NCBI RefSeq assembly: GCF_041146345.1 | Contig: NW_027191414.1 | Location: forward strand, 1,054,001 to 1,118,000 | Source: Neodothiora populina | Taxonomy: Eukaryota | Direction: 5' to 3' | Length of the DNA: 64,000 bases | Shown: positions 27,726 to 40,476 of the stretch, in pieces | Position numbering within the stretch: position 1 is the stretch's first letter | How the letters are laid out: each line of letters begins with the position of its first letter | Program-made: the position numbers and the translations under genes | The notes under the pieces: model-generated | Told to the model about the DNA's origin: nothing | Seen by the model: the letters and a program-made list of their open reading frames with translations, nothing else | Database searches by the model: none

Positions 27726-30546
27726 TTATGCAACAGCATTGGCTCGAGGCTTGCGTGCATAAAGGCCGACAACGGCGTCGAACATGGCCCTGACAGGCAT
27801 GAGCGCAATGTTCTCGTCGTCAAAGACGCGAGCCAGTTGCTCGGGCTGCACAACAGGCTTGTCAGCTTCCTCATCGTCGATAGCAAGGAGATTCTCCTTG
27901 TCCTCCATGTCCACACCATCACTCTCTGATTCATCTTCAGAAGCCTCTACTACATCCATGGCATCTGACGTAGCGACGGCGGGGCTGACGGCGGCAGCAG
28001 CAGACACGTCCGGAGTAGAGCTCTTTGGCAACAAGTATTGTAATTCAGCGGTGGAAGTGAGAATCGTGTAGCCAGTCCTTCCGGGAACAGTCATCAACGC
28101 TGTGACAGCCTTGTGCATGTTCGAGCTGATCTCTGGCTCGGGTGAGGAGGTGTTGTACACACGCACACGTGAGTAGGCCGGCGTGGAGATGGAGACAGCA
28201 AATGTACGGTCCTCGACATTGACAGCAAGGAGCGTCACTGCTGAACTCGAGTCGGACGCCAGGTGGGTACGGTATCTCAAGGTCTGATCAATGATATCCC
28301 AGAGGTGAATGCCTGTGTTGCTGATACACACAATGTGACGATCTACGAAGCTCAGCGCCTTTAGCGTGCCAGTGAAAAGGCTAGATCTCGTCTGCTCAAT
28401 TGCACCACGCGCAGTGTTGATGAAAGTGACGAGCGATGGAAGCGAGGTCTTATCAAAGACTTGAGATGCGGCGAGGATGGAGGCGTCTTGCGAGTAGGCA
28501 AGCTTTGCATTGATAGGTCGAGGAGCCGGGTCCGCGGCTTGCTCTTCTTCGGTCAACTCGAGGCTGTGGTTTAGTTCCATGCTGTGTCTGCATGACCAAT
28601 CAATCAGACCCTCAGCGTCGGCGCCTCGAATGACCAGGCCGTTGCGAAGACGGGTCTTCGGCTTCCAAATGCGAACCGAGCTATCCTCGCCGATTGTAGC
28701 AAAGCCGTTCTCAAATGGATCGCTGACGAGATCGAAGATACGACCTGGGCAAGCACCGTCTGGGACCTGGTGGGGATTGTCGATTCTGGTCTCGAGGGCC
28801 CAGATTTCTCTTTCTGCATCCCATCTCCAGATTTTGAGGTAGACCTCGGTTCTGAGAGCCTGCTGCTGCTTCGCAGTACCGTTGACGGCCAGATGTTCGA
28901 GATCAGAGACGGGAGGAGCCCACTCCTCTGTGGTAGCAAGCCACTGTCCATCCTTGCTCAGCTGGATAAGAGCAACATCAGGGACCTGAATCTTATTGCC
29001 CTCAGGGCCCTTGTTGAAGTCAGTGACATTGTTCCTGGTCAGCGCCTGGCGCGAGAGATGGCGATCGCTGGTGATGTCGAAGGTCTGCAAGAAAGGTCTG
29101 GAAGTAGTGGTTTGTGATGGAGGGACGGCCAGCAAAAGACGATCCTGGTGGATAGGGTGTAGAACGGCTGCAGAGGGCACAATTTGCTTGACTGAGTCGA
29201 CGACGATCGCAGACTGAGCCTGAAGACCGGCGAAGTTGGCAACAGGCTTGAGCTCAGCAGTGGAGAGGAGCATGACGGAGTTGTCAGCCAGCTGTATGGC
29301 GTAGGAGGTGCCAGATGGAGAGACGGTCAGGCGCTCGATCTCGGCGGTCAAATGCGGAAGGAACTGCTTCTTGCCAGTCGCGAGTTGCCAAAGGACCAGC
29401 GTTGTCTCTCGGCCACCAGAAATGAGATAGTTGCCATCCTTGGACCACTTCAACGAAGCGACGGCCTCACGATGCCAATGCAGTACTCTAGGCGTGAGCG
29501 AGATGGCAGCCGGACGAGTAGTGGCAAAGACGTCCTCGTAAAGCATGATCTGACCTTCGACATTGCCAACTGCCACATTGAGGAGGTCCGCGGAAGCAGC
29601 CTTCTTCTTGGACTGCTCGATCTGCTGTACTTTCCCGGCCAGACAGGTCAGAGACTTGGACGAAGCAATTTCGACAAACGTGAAAATGGCCTCGCTGTCG
29701 GACTCTAACTTTGACGCACTGCGTCGGCCAGCGATCAAGTTGTTCGGGGATGTAGCCATGACATATTGGTCTTGCACCGAGAGATTGGAGAGGGGCTCCT
29801 TGGAAGTATAGATGATCTTGTCGGCAGCAAGAATGTGCCACTCGGCGTCAAGCTGGCAGATAGTGTATAGGAGGTCTTCAGCAGATTCATCTTGGCTAGT
29901 GGCACACAGAGCGTGGATTTTGCCCTTGTAATCGATTGGATCATTGACGACAGTGCCAGAGACCCAGTCCCAGCACTGGATGCGGCGTGACGGTGAGGCA
30001 ATGTAGATGGTCTCGGGATCGGAGGGCGAGAGAGCGAAGGCAGACACCGAGCGATTGGGGCCAGGAAGTGCGCGCTCGACTAGGGAAGTCGCAACGGAAA
30101 GCACCTGCACTTCGCGACCATTGGATGCAAAAATGTAGCTGCTATCGTTAGGATACAGCCACGAAAGTAGAGCAGTTTTCAGATCAATCAACATACCCGT
30201 CATCGGCCGAGACAATAGGGTCGTGGGCAATGAATCTACCACCGGTAGGTCTCGTGAGGATTGTAGAAGCATTGTCGGCGGTGGCAGTAAAGTCTTGTCT
30301 TGCCTGTGGTTTGGGGGCGTGTCGCCTTCTTCGCTTGGCCGGTGTCACCGCCGTGTCGTCGCCGGTCTTATCTAATGGCAAGACAGCCTTTTCTGGCTTT
30401 GAAGGAGTCTCGACTACACCACCAGCCAGGAGATCGCTATGCGTGCTTTTTACTCGTTTACTGCCTTGAGATAGTGGAGTTCTTTCTTTTTGCGTCCTCT
30501 TCCTCTTTCCCTGCGTCACAGGTGAGGCATCGACGGGCCCCGACAT
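27726..30546 (-). CDS. NAN1: WD40 SSU processome t-UTP subunit Nan1/Utp17 (WDR75); exons 30546-30197, about 30138-27726
   Basis: LHWHREAVASLKWSKDGNYLISGGRETTLVLWQLATGKKQFLPHL signature, multiple WD repeats, acidic C-terminus; GTATGT donor at 30196. Confidence 0.88.
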
Positions 30547-30824
30547 TTTGCTTCACGTCTGTCTGTTTTCTTCTTCTTCCGTGTCTGTCTCTATTCAATT
30601 CATGCAGACAGCAACAACAACACAAGAAATTCAATTGTGGTAGAAATTGTGGTAATAACATCAAATTTATCTTTCCTTTCTCCAACTTTCGAACTGAATA
30701 TAATTATTGAAGAATTTCCGGCGCCAAAAGTCTTGGCTTTTGCGGGTTGACATTTGCGGCGCATCTTCAGACACCTCCGTCTTTGCGCCTTGATCTTTCT
30801 ACCAACCAGAGAGGCATCGCTATC

Positions 30825-31168
30825 ATGATTATTCCCATCCGTTGCTTTTCCTGCGGCAAGGTCAGAGGTCTTGTTCTTTGTATTCGCGCATAGTGCTGAC
30901 TGTGATCGAACAGGTCGTTGCAGATCTTTGGGAGAGATATCTCAAGCTACTAGACTCTGGCATGCAAGACGGGTAATTCCCACCATTTATCTATTGATTA
31001 CAAAAAGAACCGCCGACTGATGTTTCTGAATCTTCACATAGCGCTGCCATGGACGAGCTCGGTCTTACGCGTTACTGCTGCCGTCGTATGCTCATGACCC
31101 ACGTCGACCTCATCGAGAAGCTGCTCCGTTACAACCCTGCCGAGCGTGAGATCATTCGCAACCGATGA
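30825..31168 (+). CDS. RPB10: RNA polymerase I/II/III shared subunit RPABC5; exons 30825-30860, 30914-30972, 31042-31168
   Basis: Spliced product [49 protein letters not shown]; absent from the ORF track. Confidence 0.97.
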
Positions 31169-32003
31169 TCCATCGCCTTTGCTATCATGCACGACGCCTT
31201 ATTCCTGGAGGCTACATGATATTGAAAGGAAGCACAAAATTGCATTTACCGGCGTTGTAAGGGAATCGGGAATCATATCAGCACGGAGTTTAGAGAGGAT
31301 CTATCAAATCAAAGGAGGGGAAAAAGACGATCCGCCACGAGAACGAAGGGTATCTGACCCAGGAGAAGTGTGCTTGTTCAAAGAGATTGCTTCACCCACT
31401 TTGTCGATCAACAAGTGCAGTGCGCCAGGCTATCTCTGTATTTTGAGGCAATGACAGCGCCAGGGATGGTGCATCCGAGCAACACAGTCAAATTGGCGCA
31501 CTTATCTCCATGAATATTGTTCTTATGAAGTGCTTTGTTGCTAGCCCTCTTAGTCCTGCTCTTGCTTCAGCTTCTGCCTGTGAACAACTTTTCGATTCGA
31601 GTATCGTTTTTCAGCTTATACATTACTGGAGGACTGATCAACATCGATCACACAACGAAGGGGTCGAGTCGCGGCTCATCGTTCTGACCGAGTAAACATC
31701 CCCTCTTCAATTGGATTAATCACGGTAATCACGCTGTATACTTGCATATGTCACTTCCATGCCCATTGCGATCACGTGTAAAAGAATTCAAGGACGTAGA
31801 ACTGCCAAAAAGGTCCGTGCACAGCCTGCGACTCCATCATCGGTGCCTTTCGCATCATCGCGAGAGAAAGAAAGTATTAGTGCAACCGACCTCTCAATCA
31901 ATCCCCCATATCTATATTCCAACCTCATTCACCTTGTATATCTCTAAGCACATACAAGAAGAACAACAAAAAGGAGAAAAAACCCCAAAACAAATCACAA
32001 GCC

Positions 32004-32347
32004 ATGCCTCCCAAGCGCCAGCAACAGCAACAGGGCTACGCCCGCACCATCCTCAACGAGCTCTCGTCGCCCGACAACCGCAGTGTCGTCACCGCCGTCA
32101 CCGTGTTCGCCGTATGTCCTCGTCCCTTCTGATCCTCTAGTCTCATGTTCACGACTTGTTCTTGTGCCTCGGTATCGGGGGCCACGACGAAGGCGAAGAT
32201 TCCTCGAGGAGAAGAAATCAATAGATTGCTTGTCGTGCTTTTCACGCGAACAGAAGAGGAGAAAAAGAAATACTAACATGTGCTGCGACCTAGACCGGTG
32301 TGGCATTCCTCCACTCAAGCTGGAGCGAGATCCTCCTTCCTCCGTGA
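32004..32347 (+). CDS. TOM6: Mitochondrial outer membrane translocase small subunit Tom6; exons 32004-32111, 32294-32347
   Basis: 53 aa MPPKRQQQQQGYARTILNELSSPDNRSVVTAVTVFATGVAFLHSSWSEILLPP; GTATGT..TACTAAC..TAG intron; single C-terminal TM typical of filamentous-fungal Tom6. Confidence 0.85.
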
Positions 32348-33504
32348 GATTTTTTCCTTTCACTTTGTCTCTTGATAAGCATAACTGGAACCTCAAAGGA
32401 TGTGCGCTAATGCGGTCAAAGTCTCTAAATCATTCGCCGTCATGTCATATATCCAGACACGCTTGAACACGACGAACGAACAGGATGTGACAGGGTAGGG
32501 CAGTAACATGCTGAGACTGGTGAGGACGAAACAGCTTAGAGCGGCAATGGGGAGATGATATGGTACCTTAACCCTGCGAGGACTCTCCAGCTCCCATAGT
32601 CTTCTTTGCGGCTCGGCAGACTTGGGACAAAGAGGGCGTGTAAGATTACGAAAACGAGAATCATAAGAGACCAAACAAAACAAATTTCCTTCTGGGGTTC
32701 TGCGAAAGACAAGCGCTCTGATGACTAAAATGTTCAAATAAGGAGGGCAAGGGACACATGGCCGTGTGAATGACAGGAGCTGGAGACGGGAAAGATTCTT
32801 CGCCTTGTTAATCAGTCAGGAAGTCATAAGAGTTGGGGTATATCATGTATCATCGCAAAAAAGTATAATAAAAAACATGGCATGGATATGCTTCGATTCC
32901 GTTTCTCCTCTATTCAGTCTCGAAGTCATCTCACTCGCTCGGTTCTCAAAAGCTCGATCAGGCCGTTCAGTAATGAAGCAGACAGAACGTCAGAAGAACA
33001 ACTTTCCTCCTCTCCCTCCTCCCCTTGATAAGCTCTGAGTAGTGAGAGTGCTGGTCATGGCTATCACACAAGTATGCATCGAAGTTATCACTCGACAAGC
33101 AGTCTACACACCGAGGAAAGGGAAACAGTCTTGTCATTCCTCTGCGCGCGAAACACTCGCGGCTTCTAATCTTGATTTCATTCTGGATTCCGCTGTGTTC
33201 AAGAAAGACTAGACTGGGAAGCAGTAACTCATGAATTGATTATAAATACTTGGATCTTGATGAGGATAGAATAGAAAGGGACTTGGTATCTTTGCGGAAG
33301 GACAGACGCGGTGGCTTGGATAGATTGAGATGAAAAGAAAGACGGAGGATTCTGGTCGGTCATGTTGTGGTACGATATTTGTGATGGGGGAGGGGGTGGG
33401 GGTGGGTGAGATGTTGTTGCTTGGAGGCATGGGCGTCCTGAGGTGGATTGGGTAGTGGGACGTGGATTTGACGTTCGAGCCCATTGAAGTCATAGTAGGA
33501 CTAT

Positions 33505-35809
33505 CTATACTTCTTGGATCCAAATCTACTCGAGGTTAGTATGATGTCTCTGCGGAAGAGGAACCAGAAAAGCGTCAAGCAGGGAGGAAAGAAAAAAGGG
33601 AGGGACATCAAAGTTAAAAAGAAAACTTACCTCCATCTTCCCCATCATAGTCACAGCTTCCCTGTCATTACTGCCACTAGCAGCAACAGTAGCAACGAGA
33701 ACATCTCTGGCGGCCTGAACAGCCATTTCTAAATCCTCCTGATCGCCTAGCGTTACCATATCTCCCTCTTCGTCTCTCACTTTGAGCTTGAATTCCGGAA
33801 ATGTATCACTACCCATCGCTGATTCGACGAGGGAGTCATTACGTCTAGATAGCAAACCAGGTTTTCGACGGACTTGGTCGATGAGATCGGAGAGCGAGAC
33901 TGAGGGCGTGGTCATGATGTATCTCGTGTCTCGTTCCCCATGGACTTTGACTCTGATTTTGTCCATTGTGATTGTTGGTGGCGTCGAAGAAGCAGAGTGA
34001 TGTATGTGCTGTTGGTGCTGGACGCTTTTGTTATGCTGGCGGTTTGGAGAGGGGAGCTCGTAGGGTAGGCTGTCGGCGTTGATCCTCTGGTTGTAGCTTG
34101 ACTCGAGCGAAGCAGATGCGGGTGAGAGAGACCCGTCGAGGGTGACTATCGCCTGGGATGATCCCGGTTGGGTGGGAGGGATACCCGAAACAGCTGAATC
34201 GGGATATTCGTGTTCGCCAGTCGCAGTGTCGTCTTCGCACTCCTCGGTTATAGATGTAGGTCGATATGGGTCGGATTGACTCTTCTGTTGTTGCTGTGAC
34301 GGTTGCTTCAGGCTTCGCGGGCTGCTGTGGCTGGGACTATTGAAGGCCACAGGTAAGAGGACTGACATATCGCCATCTTCTTCTTCTACTCCAGATAAAA
34401 GCTGCTGTTGCGCTTCGAGACTTCTGTTCACAGCGTCATACACCTTGGGTTGGAGTGTGTACGTGTCGTCTCTAGTGTCCACGCGGAGACTACGTCGATG
34501 CTCTGCTTTACGATCACGGTGTTCTCGTCGAGATGAATTGCCATTCTCGCCACGGGGTCGTGGTTGCTCCGATGCAGAACGGACTGTCCCTAGCCTTGGC
34601 TTCTCATCTATGCTCAGATACACATGCTCCTGACTATTTGTGTCAAAGGCAGCGTATCCTAGTTCGAGCTTGGTTGGTTTACTCTTAACCTTCGGTGCTA
34701 TTGTGGCGCTGTTGTCTTGCTCCTGCGCTTTCTCGTTGGCGTTATCAGCAGTCCTGCCGCTGCTGCTATAGGGTCTGAGCATGATGTTTTCCGGCGGTGG
34801 GGTGGGTGGGAACATGTTTGCTCTGTTCAGTGGAGGTTCCGACTGTTGTCTCGAACGTGATGAGAGACCGGGTCGAGGCGCATAGGCTCTTGTACCTGGA
34901 GGAGGCATATGCTCGCGCCCAAGATCCATACGCAACACACTTTCGGATGCGTTTCTACCGTGCATTTTCGAAGCCACTGAATGGATTCGGCGCTGTTGCT
35001 GCTGCTGCTGCTGCTGCTGCTGTTGAGATGCGATCAGACGTGCTTTGCCCAGATAATCCTTCGAAGTCAGGTTCTTGACTTTGGCTGCGTTTGGTCGGTA
35101 GATAATCCCACGAGGGATCGAGAACACAACAAAGCCCTGCGAATGTCAATGTCATGAGTTCAACCATCATAGTCTTCGCAGCATTGCCCACCTCTGCTTC
35201 CTCTTCGATTGCTTCATCGATGACCGAATGGTCCTGTGTTGCTTTCTTCGTACTGGCGATCCTCAAATCCTGCATACCCAGCGCCTTCTGCTGGAGGTAG
35301 ATATAACATAGACCTCTGTTGAACAAGGCTTCGCAGAAATGCAACTTGTATTTGAGTCCGAGCTGCTCGTAATCGATATAGGCATTGCCGCGCAGACAGA
35401 GGATAGTGTCGTTGAAATTGGCCAATGCCTCTTCGAATTCACCTAGCAGGAAGTTCGACACGCCGCATTGGAAGTATGCGACGGCGAGATATTGATCTCG
35501 AGCCACAGCACGGTTGAAGAAGTTCACCTATGAAAGAGTCAACGTTACTCAAGCAACTCTGAAAGATGGAAGTGGTGAGCGTACAGCTGCTGCGTGCTCA
35601 CCGAGAGATGCGTGGATCACGCCGCAATTGAACAGGATCCGCGATGTGTCTGCGATGTCGTTGAAGGTGTTCAATGCCTTTTCGAGCTCTCCTTTATCGT
35701 GGAACTTTACAGCTTCGTCCCAGAAGACGATCTCCTGTACCCATTGGTTTTAGCGATCTGGAGCACTGAACTCGATGTTGTGCCAGATGCCTACCTGCTT
35801 CAGCGCCAT
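33505..35809 (-). CDS. noxR: NADPH oxidase regulator NoxR (p67phox-like; TPR repeats and C-terminal PB1), about 675 aa; exons 35809-35795, 35734-35585, 35527-35192, 35136-33631, 33525-33505
   Basis: MALKQEI.., DQYLAVAYFQ.GVSNFLLG.FEEALANFND, IDYEQLGL, VFSIP..YRPN.AKV.NL..KDYLGKARL, PB1 (IRVKVH..DEEGDMVTLGDQEDL..KMEIWIQE). All four introns are GT-AG and in phase. Confidence 0.92.
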
Positions 35810-36581
35810 AATCTGGTGGACAGCAGTGTGGTATAGGGTATATTGTTCCTCTAGTCTTGCTCACAGATAACCTTATGATGATAGTTCGCCCTTATATAAG
35901 AGGGCTGTCACACAAGATCCATCAAATCCAGCAATGTATAACAAAAAACGCTAATCGAAATTGAAATTGTAAAGTGCACCCAAGGGGATGGTATACAAGT
36001 ATGATAAAGGAAATCATTCGAGCGACAAGGGTTTCCAGCACAAGATAACCCCCGATACTTAGGTTCATAGACACGAGCAAGCTATCAATCGCAAAAAGAC
36101 CTACGTTGTACTAAACGAATATGGGCCAATGTGGTTGTACATGGACGCGCCGAATGAAGGCGTTGACAGCCATCCAATGAAGGTGATCGCCTCCATGCAT
36201 GATATGCACTTCCCCGACACGCCGTGCTCGCGAAGCGGGTCCACGGCGCTTAATGTGACACACAGCAGTGTCCATTTCGAATCACATTTGGACATATGGA
36301 GAGTCCTGTCGTCGAATAGGACTCGAACCGGGAGACATGAATAGATGTCACATGTAAGTATGGCTTGGGAGTGGTCAAGAGTAATGTAAGGGGAAGAAGA
36401 TGGCTTGCGGGATCGCTGGTCGAGGTGCCTCGGTACGGGGCTTGGCAATATATCTATGGCACTACTGACACTTCAACACACATCGTCACATCGTGCTCTT
36501 GCTCGAGGATCTTGATATCAACAGAAGTTCAGAGAGCCTGGACTGTCTTCGCTTGCGGCAGAAGAGATCATGGCAACCAAT

Positions 36582-37405
36582 CTAGAGCATTCCCTTACCA
36601 CGTTGCTCCGTCCTCTCTTCCCAAACAGTCTTGCCTGAGCACGAACATACAGTCTTGTCGTTGTCCCATACGCCAGCACTCCTTGCGATAACACCGACGA
36701 GCGTGTCCGGGTCGTCCCGCGTAGCAAGGAGGTTCTCTCCATTGTCGTCGTCACTCTTCTTCTTGCTGACGACGAGACTGCGGCCGATAACCTCCCAGAT
36801 GTGAATGGGCTTGTCGAGGAAGACGCTGCCGATGCCAGCCTTGCTGACCTCTACCGTTCCCCAGACACCCTTGGCGGTAGCTGGTTTCTGTTCTGACCTC
36901 GCTCTCAGGAGATCCCAGATGCCACCTGTGGTTTCGGCGCCCCGTTCAATGTTGCCAGCCTCGCGTACCGTCACGTTGTAAGTGCCCTGACCAAGACCTT
37001 TCACGGACAGATCGACGATGGTCATATCTTTCGAGACTTGAACCATGCGCACGAGACCTCTTACTGGGTCGGCGACGGCTTTGCTGTGAGTTTCGAGTAT
37101 GCAGACTGCAGCCGAGTCCGACTTGCCAGAGCCACGCAGGATGGCATCTCTTCCGGTGTCCTGGATGGCAGCGACTATGGATGACGGAGCCGCGATACCC
37201 TCTACGGAAATGAGCTGTGATTGAAGGTCTGCAGTTACATTTTTTATTCCTATACAAAGGTGTTAGGCAAGATGGTGAAAAGCGTCAATGAGGGGTCGGG
37301 TATGCCCCGCTGACCATCAAGCTTATATAATGAGTCGGAAACGTCCTTGATGCATGTCTCACAGCTAAGCGGGACAGCGAACGTGGTTTCGAAAGGAGGT
37401 ATCAT
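36582..37405 (-). CDS. CCS1: Copper chaperone for Cu/Zn superoxide dismutase; exons 37405-37315, 37249-36582
   Basis: HMA domain FAVPLSCETC, GRDAILRGSG, SOD-like middle domain, GVIARSAGVWDNDKTVCSCSGKTVWEE with CxC. Confidence 0.95.
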
Positions 37406-37914
37406 GTTGTGAAATACTTTTGAATTATAGTAATAGCGAACACATGTATTAGAGCAATTACAACAATATTGATCAGCAAGAAACCAAGAGTCAGAGGTGG
37501 GATGGTCAGTCCAGACGACTAATACAGGAAGGCGCCGAGGCCGCTTTGAAATCGAAGCTGGAAAGCGCTGGTGTCGGGGAAAACCACATGGCTTCTCCGT
37601 TATTGCCGAATCGAGAACGAAGCAACTCTGGTCTTGGCATGAATTTGGCTTGAAGGGAATTGGAAGGAGCGACATACAGCACAAGAATTGAGCATAATCA
37701 ATACCCAATCCACACTGTCAACAACACTTTTACACACCATTTCCACACGAGCCTGCTGTTCACTTCTCACGAGGCTTGCTCCTGCCATCTTCTCGAAAGC
37801 ATCACAGCGCGGACCTTCCCCTCCCTCAGCTGTGTAGAGTGCAAAGCCGCAGGCAAAAGAATATACAAGGAACAAGGCGGCGGAGCCTAGGAGGACCCGC
37901 GAACACACTACACA

Positions 37915-38553
37915 ATGTCTCAATACGTCGGCAAGGTGAGAATGAAAATATGGATCCCGACGCTGATATAGAGCACCCAATCGCTGACTCTTCCATGTCT
38001 AGACGCGCCTGGCCTACTCCCGCGCATGGCACCTCGTCGACTGCACAACCTCACCTCTGCCCCTCGGCCGTCTAGCGTCCAAGATCGCCATCACGCTCAT
38101 GGGCAAGCACAAGCCCATCTTCAATCCTTCCACCGACTGCGGAGACTACGTTGTCGCCGTCGGGTGCCACGACCTGCACACAACCGGCAAGAAGAGATTC
38201 CAGAAGAAATACTACAGCCACACCACGAGACCGGGTAGCTTGAAGGAGATCACCATGGACAGGATGATGGCCAAGTGGGGAGGAGGTGAAGTGTTGAGGA
38301 GAGCGGTCAGAGGCATGCTGCCCAAGAACAGATTAAGAGATGACCGAATGGCCAGGCTGAAGCGTGAGTTGCGATGTTTCTTCGAAGTGATCAAAGAGAC
38401 CCTGGACTGACGATCATCCGTACAGTATTCGAGGGAACCGCCCATCCTTACAAGCAAAACATCCTCAAAGAGAACCTCACCTCGCCGATAACGCAACAAC
38501 CTGCCGTCCAAGCCGCCTTTGCCAAGAAGGCAGAGAAGGAGCAGCAACAATAG
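37915..38553 (+). CDS. MRPL23: Mitochondrial ribosomal protein uL13m; exons 37915-37935, 38003-38363, 38426-38553
   Basis: MSQYVGKTRLAYSRAWHLVD..LGRLASKIAITLMGKHKPIF..DCGDYVV..AVRGMLPKNRLR..HPY. Confidence 0.93.
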
Positions 38554-39090
38554 AAACCCCTCGAAAGGCGATACCTTGTGGAAAGAGATGACTCAAAACA
38601 CATCGAGACATATGAATGGCGTTCTAGGGTGTGCTATATACGGGTGTAGTAGTGTGCGCGGTGCCACTGCATTACTGTGCGGTGCTCTGAGCTTGAGAGT
38701 TTACTCATTGTAGATACAGTTGTACAACAGTTCTTTTTTCTTTTCTTTTCTTGTATTCCTCCACACTTTCTTCATCGTTCGATGCGTACTAACAGTGATT
38801 TGACATCTTCCTATTCACAGCAGCATACTTAAAATGAAACAAGCAGAGGGACACAGTCATGACATCACTTATTCTGGGTATTCATTCTACTCTATCTAAC
38901 TTGATCGATCGACACGATGGACGCGACGCTCTTCGACTTCGTGAAAGGGGGAACCGACAAACATGCGCCAATAACGCCATACATAATTGACAACCTTCGC
39001 TCAGGACTCAAAGTGTCCGAGTACAGATTATCCCATCATTTGTTGGTTTCTCCGGTAGACACAAACAGAACAGGGCACAGCGCCGGTGCT

Positions 39091-40117
39091 CTACAACTTG
39101 GCCTTGCTGGCCTGTCCCTTGCGGTTGACGGTGCACTGGATCAGTCCGTTGGGATCGGACTGGGGAGCGAACACTTCGGCGTCCTTGCCGGTGTTCTTGA
39201 GGCCCTTGTACCAGCTGAGGTCTGTAAAGCAAAAGGGAGTCAGCAGTGTGATACTGAAATAGTAAAGGAAAGCAACCCACCAATCTCAAAGTAATGCTTA
39301 TTGGGCAAGCTGTAGGTGACGGCGTCGACCTCGGGAGCCTTTGCCAGGATCTGCTCGCTCATCTTGTACATGGTGTTCTGTACACTTGGCGAGTTCTCGT
39401 TGGCAAAGGTCTCGAGGGTGATGAGGCGGGCATCGGCGTGGGCCTTGTCGAAGATGGCCTGCTTCTGCTGGACCTCGCTCAGACCAGAGAACTGCTTCCA
39501 CTGCCATGCGGCCTCGACCTCTGTGCTGAGAATGCGGTCCCAGGTCTCGGGCAGGCGGGTGTACTCGTCGCGGTGGAAGCCGTAGAAGGCGGATCCGGTC
39601 GACTTGAGCACGAGCAGCTTCTCCAGTCCACTCTTGATGCTGATGCCCTTGCCCTCGCGGTAAACGGCCTCGACGGTGCGGATCTCGGCGCCGTCGCGCA
39701 GGAACGAGTGAGGGTGCGGCTTGCCGTCGACGGTCATGCGGGTCCACTTGTGCACGATGATCTTGACGTGGCAGGCGTGGATGTGCGAGTACGTCTTGAC
39801 GAAGTGCTCGCCCAGGATGGCGGCGAAGACCTCGGGGACGGAGATGTCGTGCTGTTTCGCCAGGACGTACGTGGTCTGCTTTTGCGTGTCTGTGGCTACT
39901 ACGCAGCTGTTGTCTGCCTCGGTGTAGCTGTGCTCGTTGTCAGTGGCTTTTGTTCTCCTTCTTTGCTGATATCCAGGACGTACGAGGTCTCAATGTCGCC
40001 CTCGAGCAGAGTGCGCACGGTCATCTCGGTGACGTGCTGGATGCCATCCTGTCCCTTCTTGACCTTGTAGAGACGGACGTTGTCCTTGCCGTAGCGAGCG
40101 TAGCCGAGTTCTGCCAT
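39091..40117 (-). CDS. uaZ: Uricase (urate oxidase) with peroxisomal PTS1 (AKL); exons 40117-39984, 39927-39281, 39221-39091
   Basis: ARYGKDNVRLYKV, VATDTQKQT, LLVLKSTGSAF.GF..DEYT.LPETWDRILST, SPSVQNTMY, LPNKHYF, C-terminal SKAKL. Confidence 0.96.
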
Positions 40118-40394
40118 TGCTTCTGTTTGAGAGAAGGATGTATTGCGTAGTCAATGAAATTGAAAGAAGTAGATAGCTATGTATAGAGCAGAGATAGAAG
40201 CTGGAGATAGACGGAGATTGCAGAAGATGGAGTTGAGTGGAGAGCGACGATACAAGTACACTTTACAGAAAGATGGAGAAGAGAGATATGGAAGCACAGT
40301 ATACAACTAAAAAGAAATGGTGGGAGATCAGAGCTGTTATGTACAGTCAACGATTGACAGCTTATCTGTGTCTATCGATACCTCGTCGTCCTGG

Positions 40395-40476
40395 TCGGCG
40401 AGGACCGCAGAAGCAAGCCTGGCATGGTTGACCATTCTTCGGCCGGGATTCAACGATGGAGACCGGCCAACTCCGC
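40395..40476. promoter_or_regulatory. Two UaY/Ppr1-type CGG-N6-CCG sites in the uricase promoter, with nearby GATA sites
   Basis: TCGG-CGAGGA-CCGC at 40395-40408 and CCGG-CCAACT-CCGC at 40463-40476; TTATCT at about 40362. Confidence 0.55.

Noticed and set aside
36301..36333. GGTTCGAGTCC B-box on the minus strand, suggesting a tRNA
   Set aside because: No T-stem pairing, A-box or cloverleaf; it overlaps a short inverted repeat. At most an isolated TFIIIC site.
36430..36600. Cryptic peroxisomal signal on CCS1 by readthrough or alternative splicing
   Set aside because: Readthrough does not end in a PTS1 and lacks the TGA-CTA context; the one plausible alternative splice ends in QAL.
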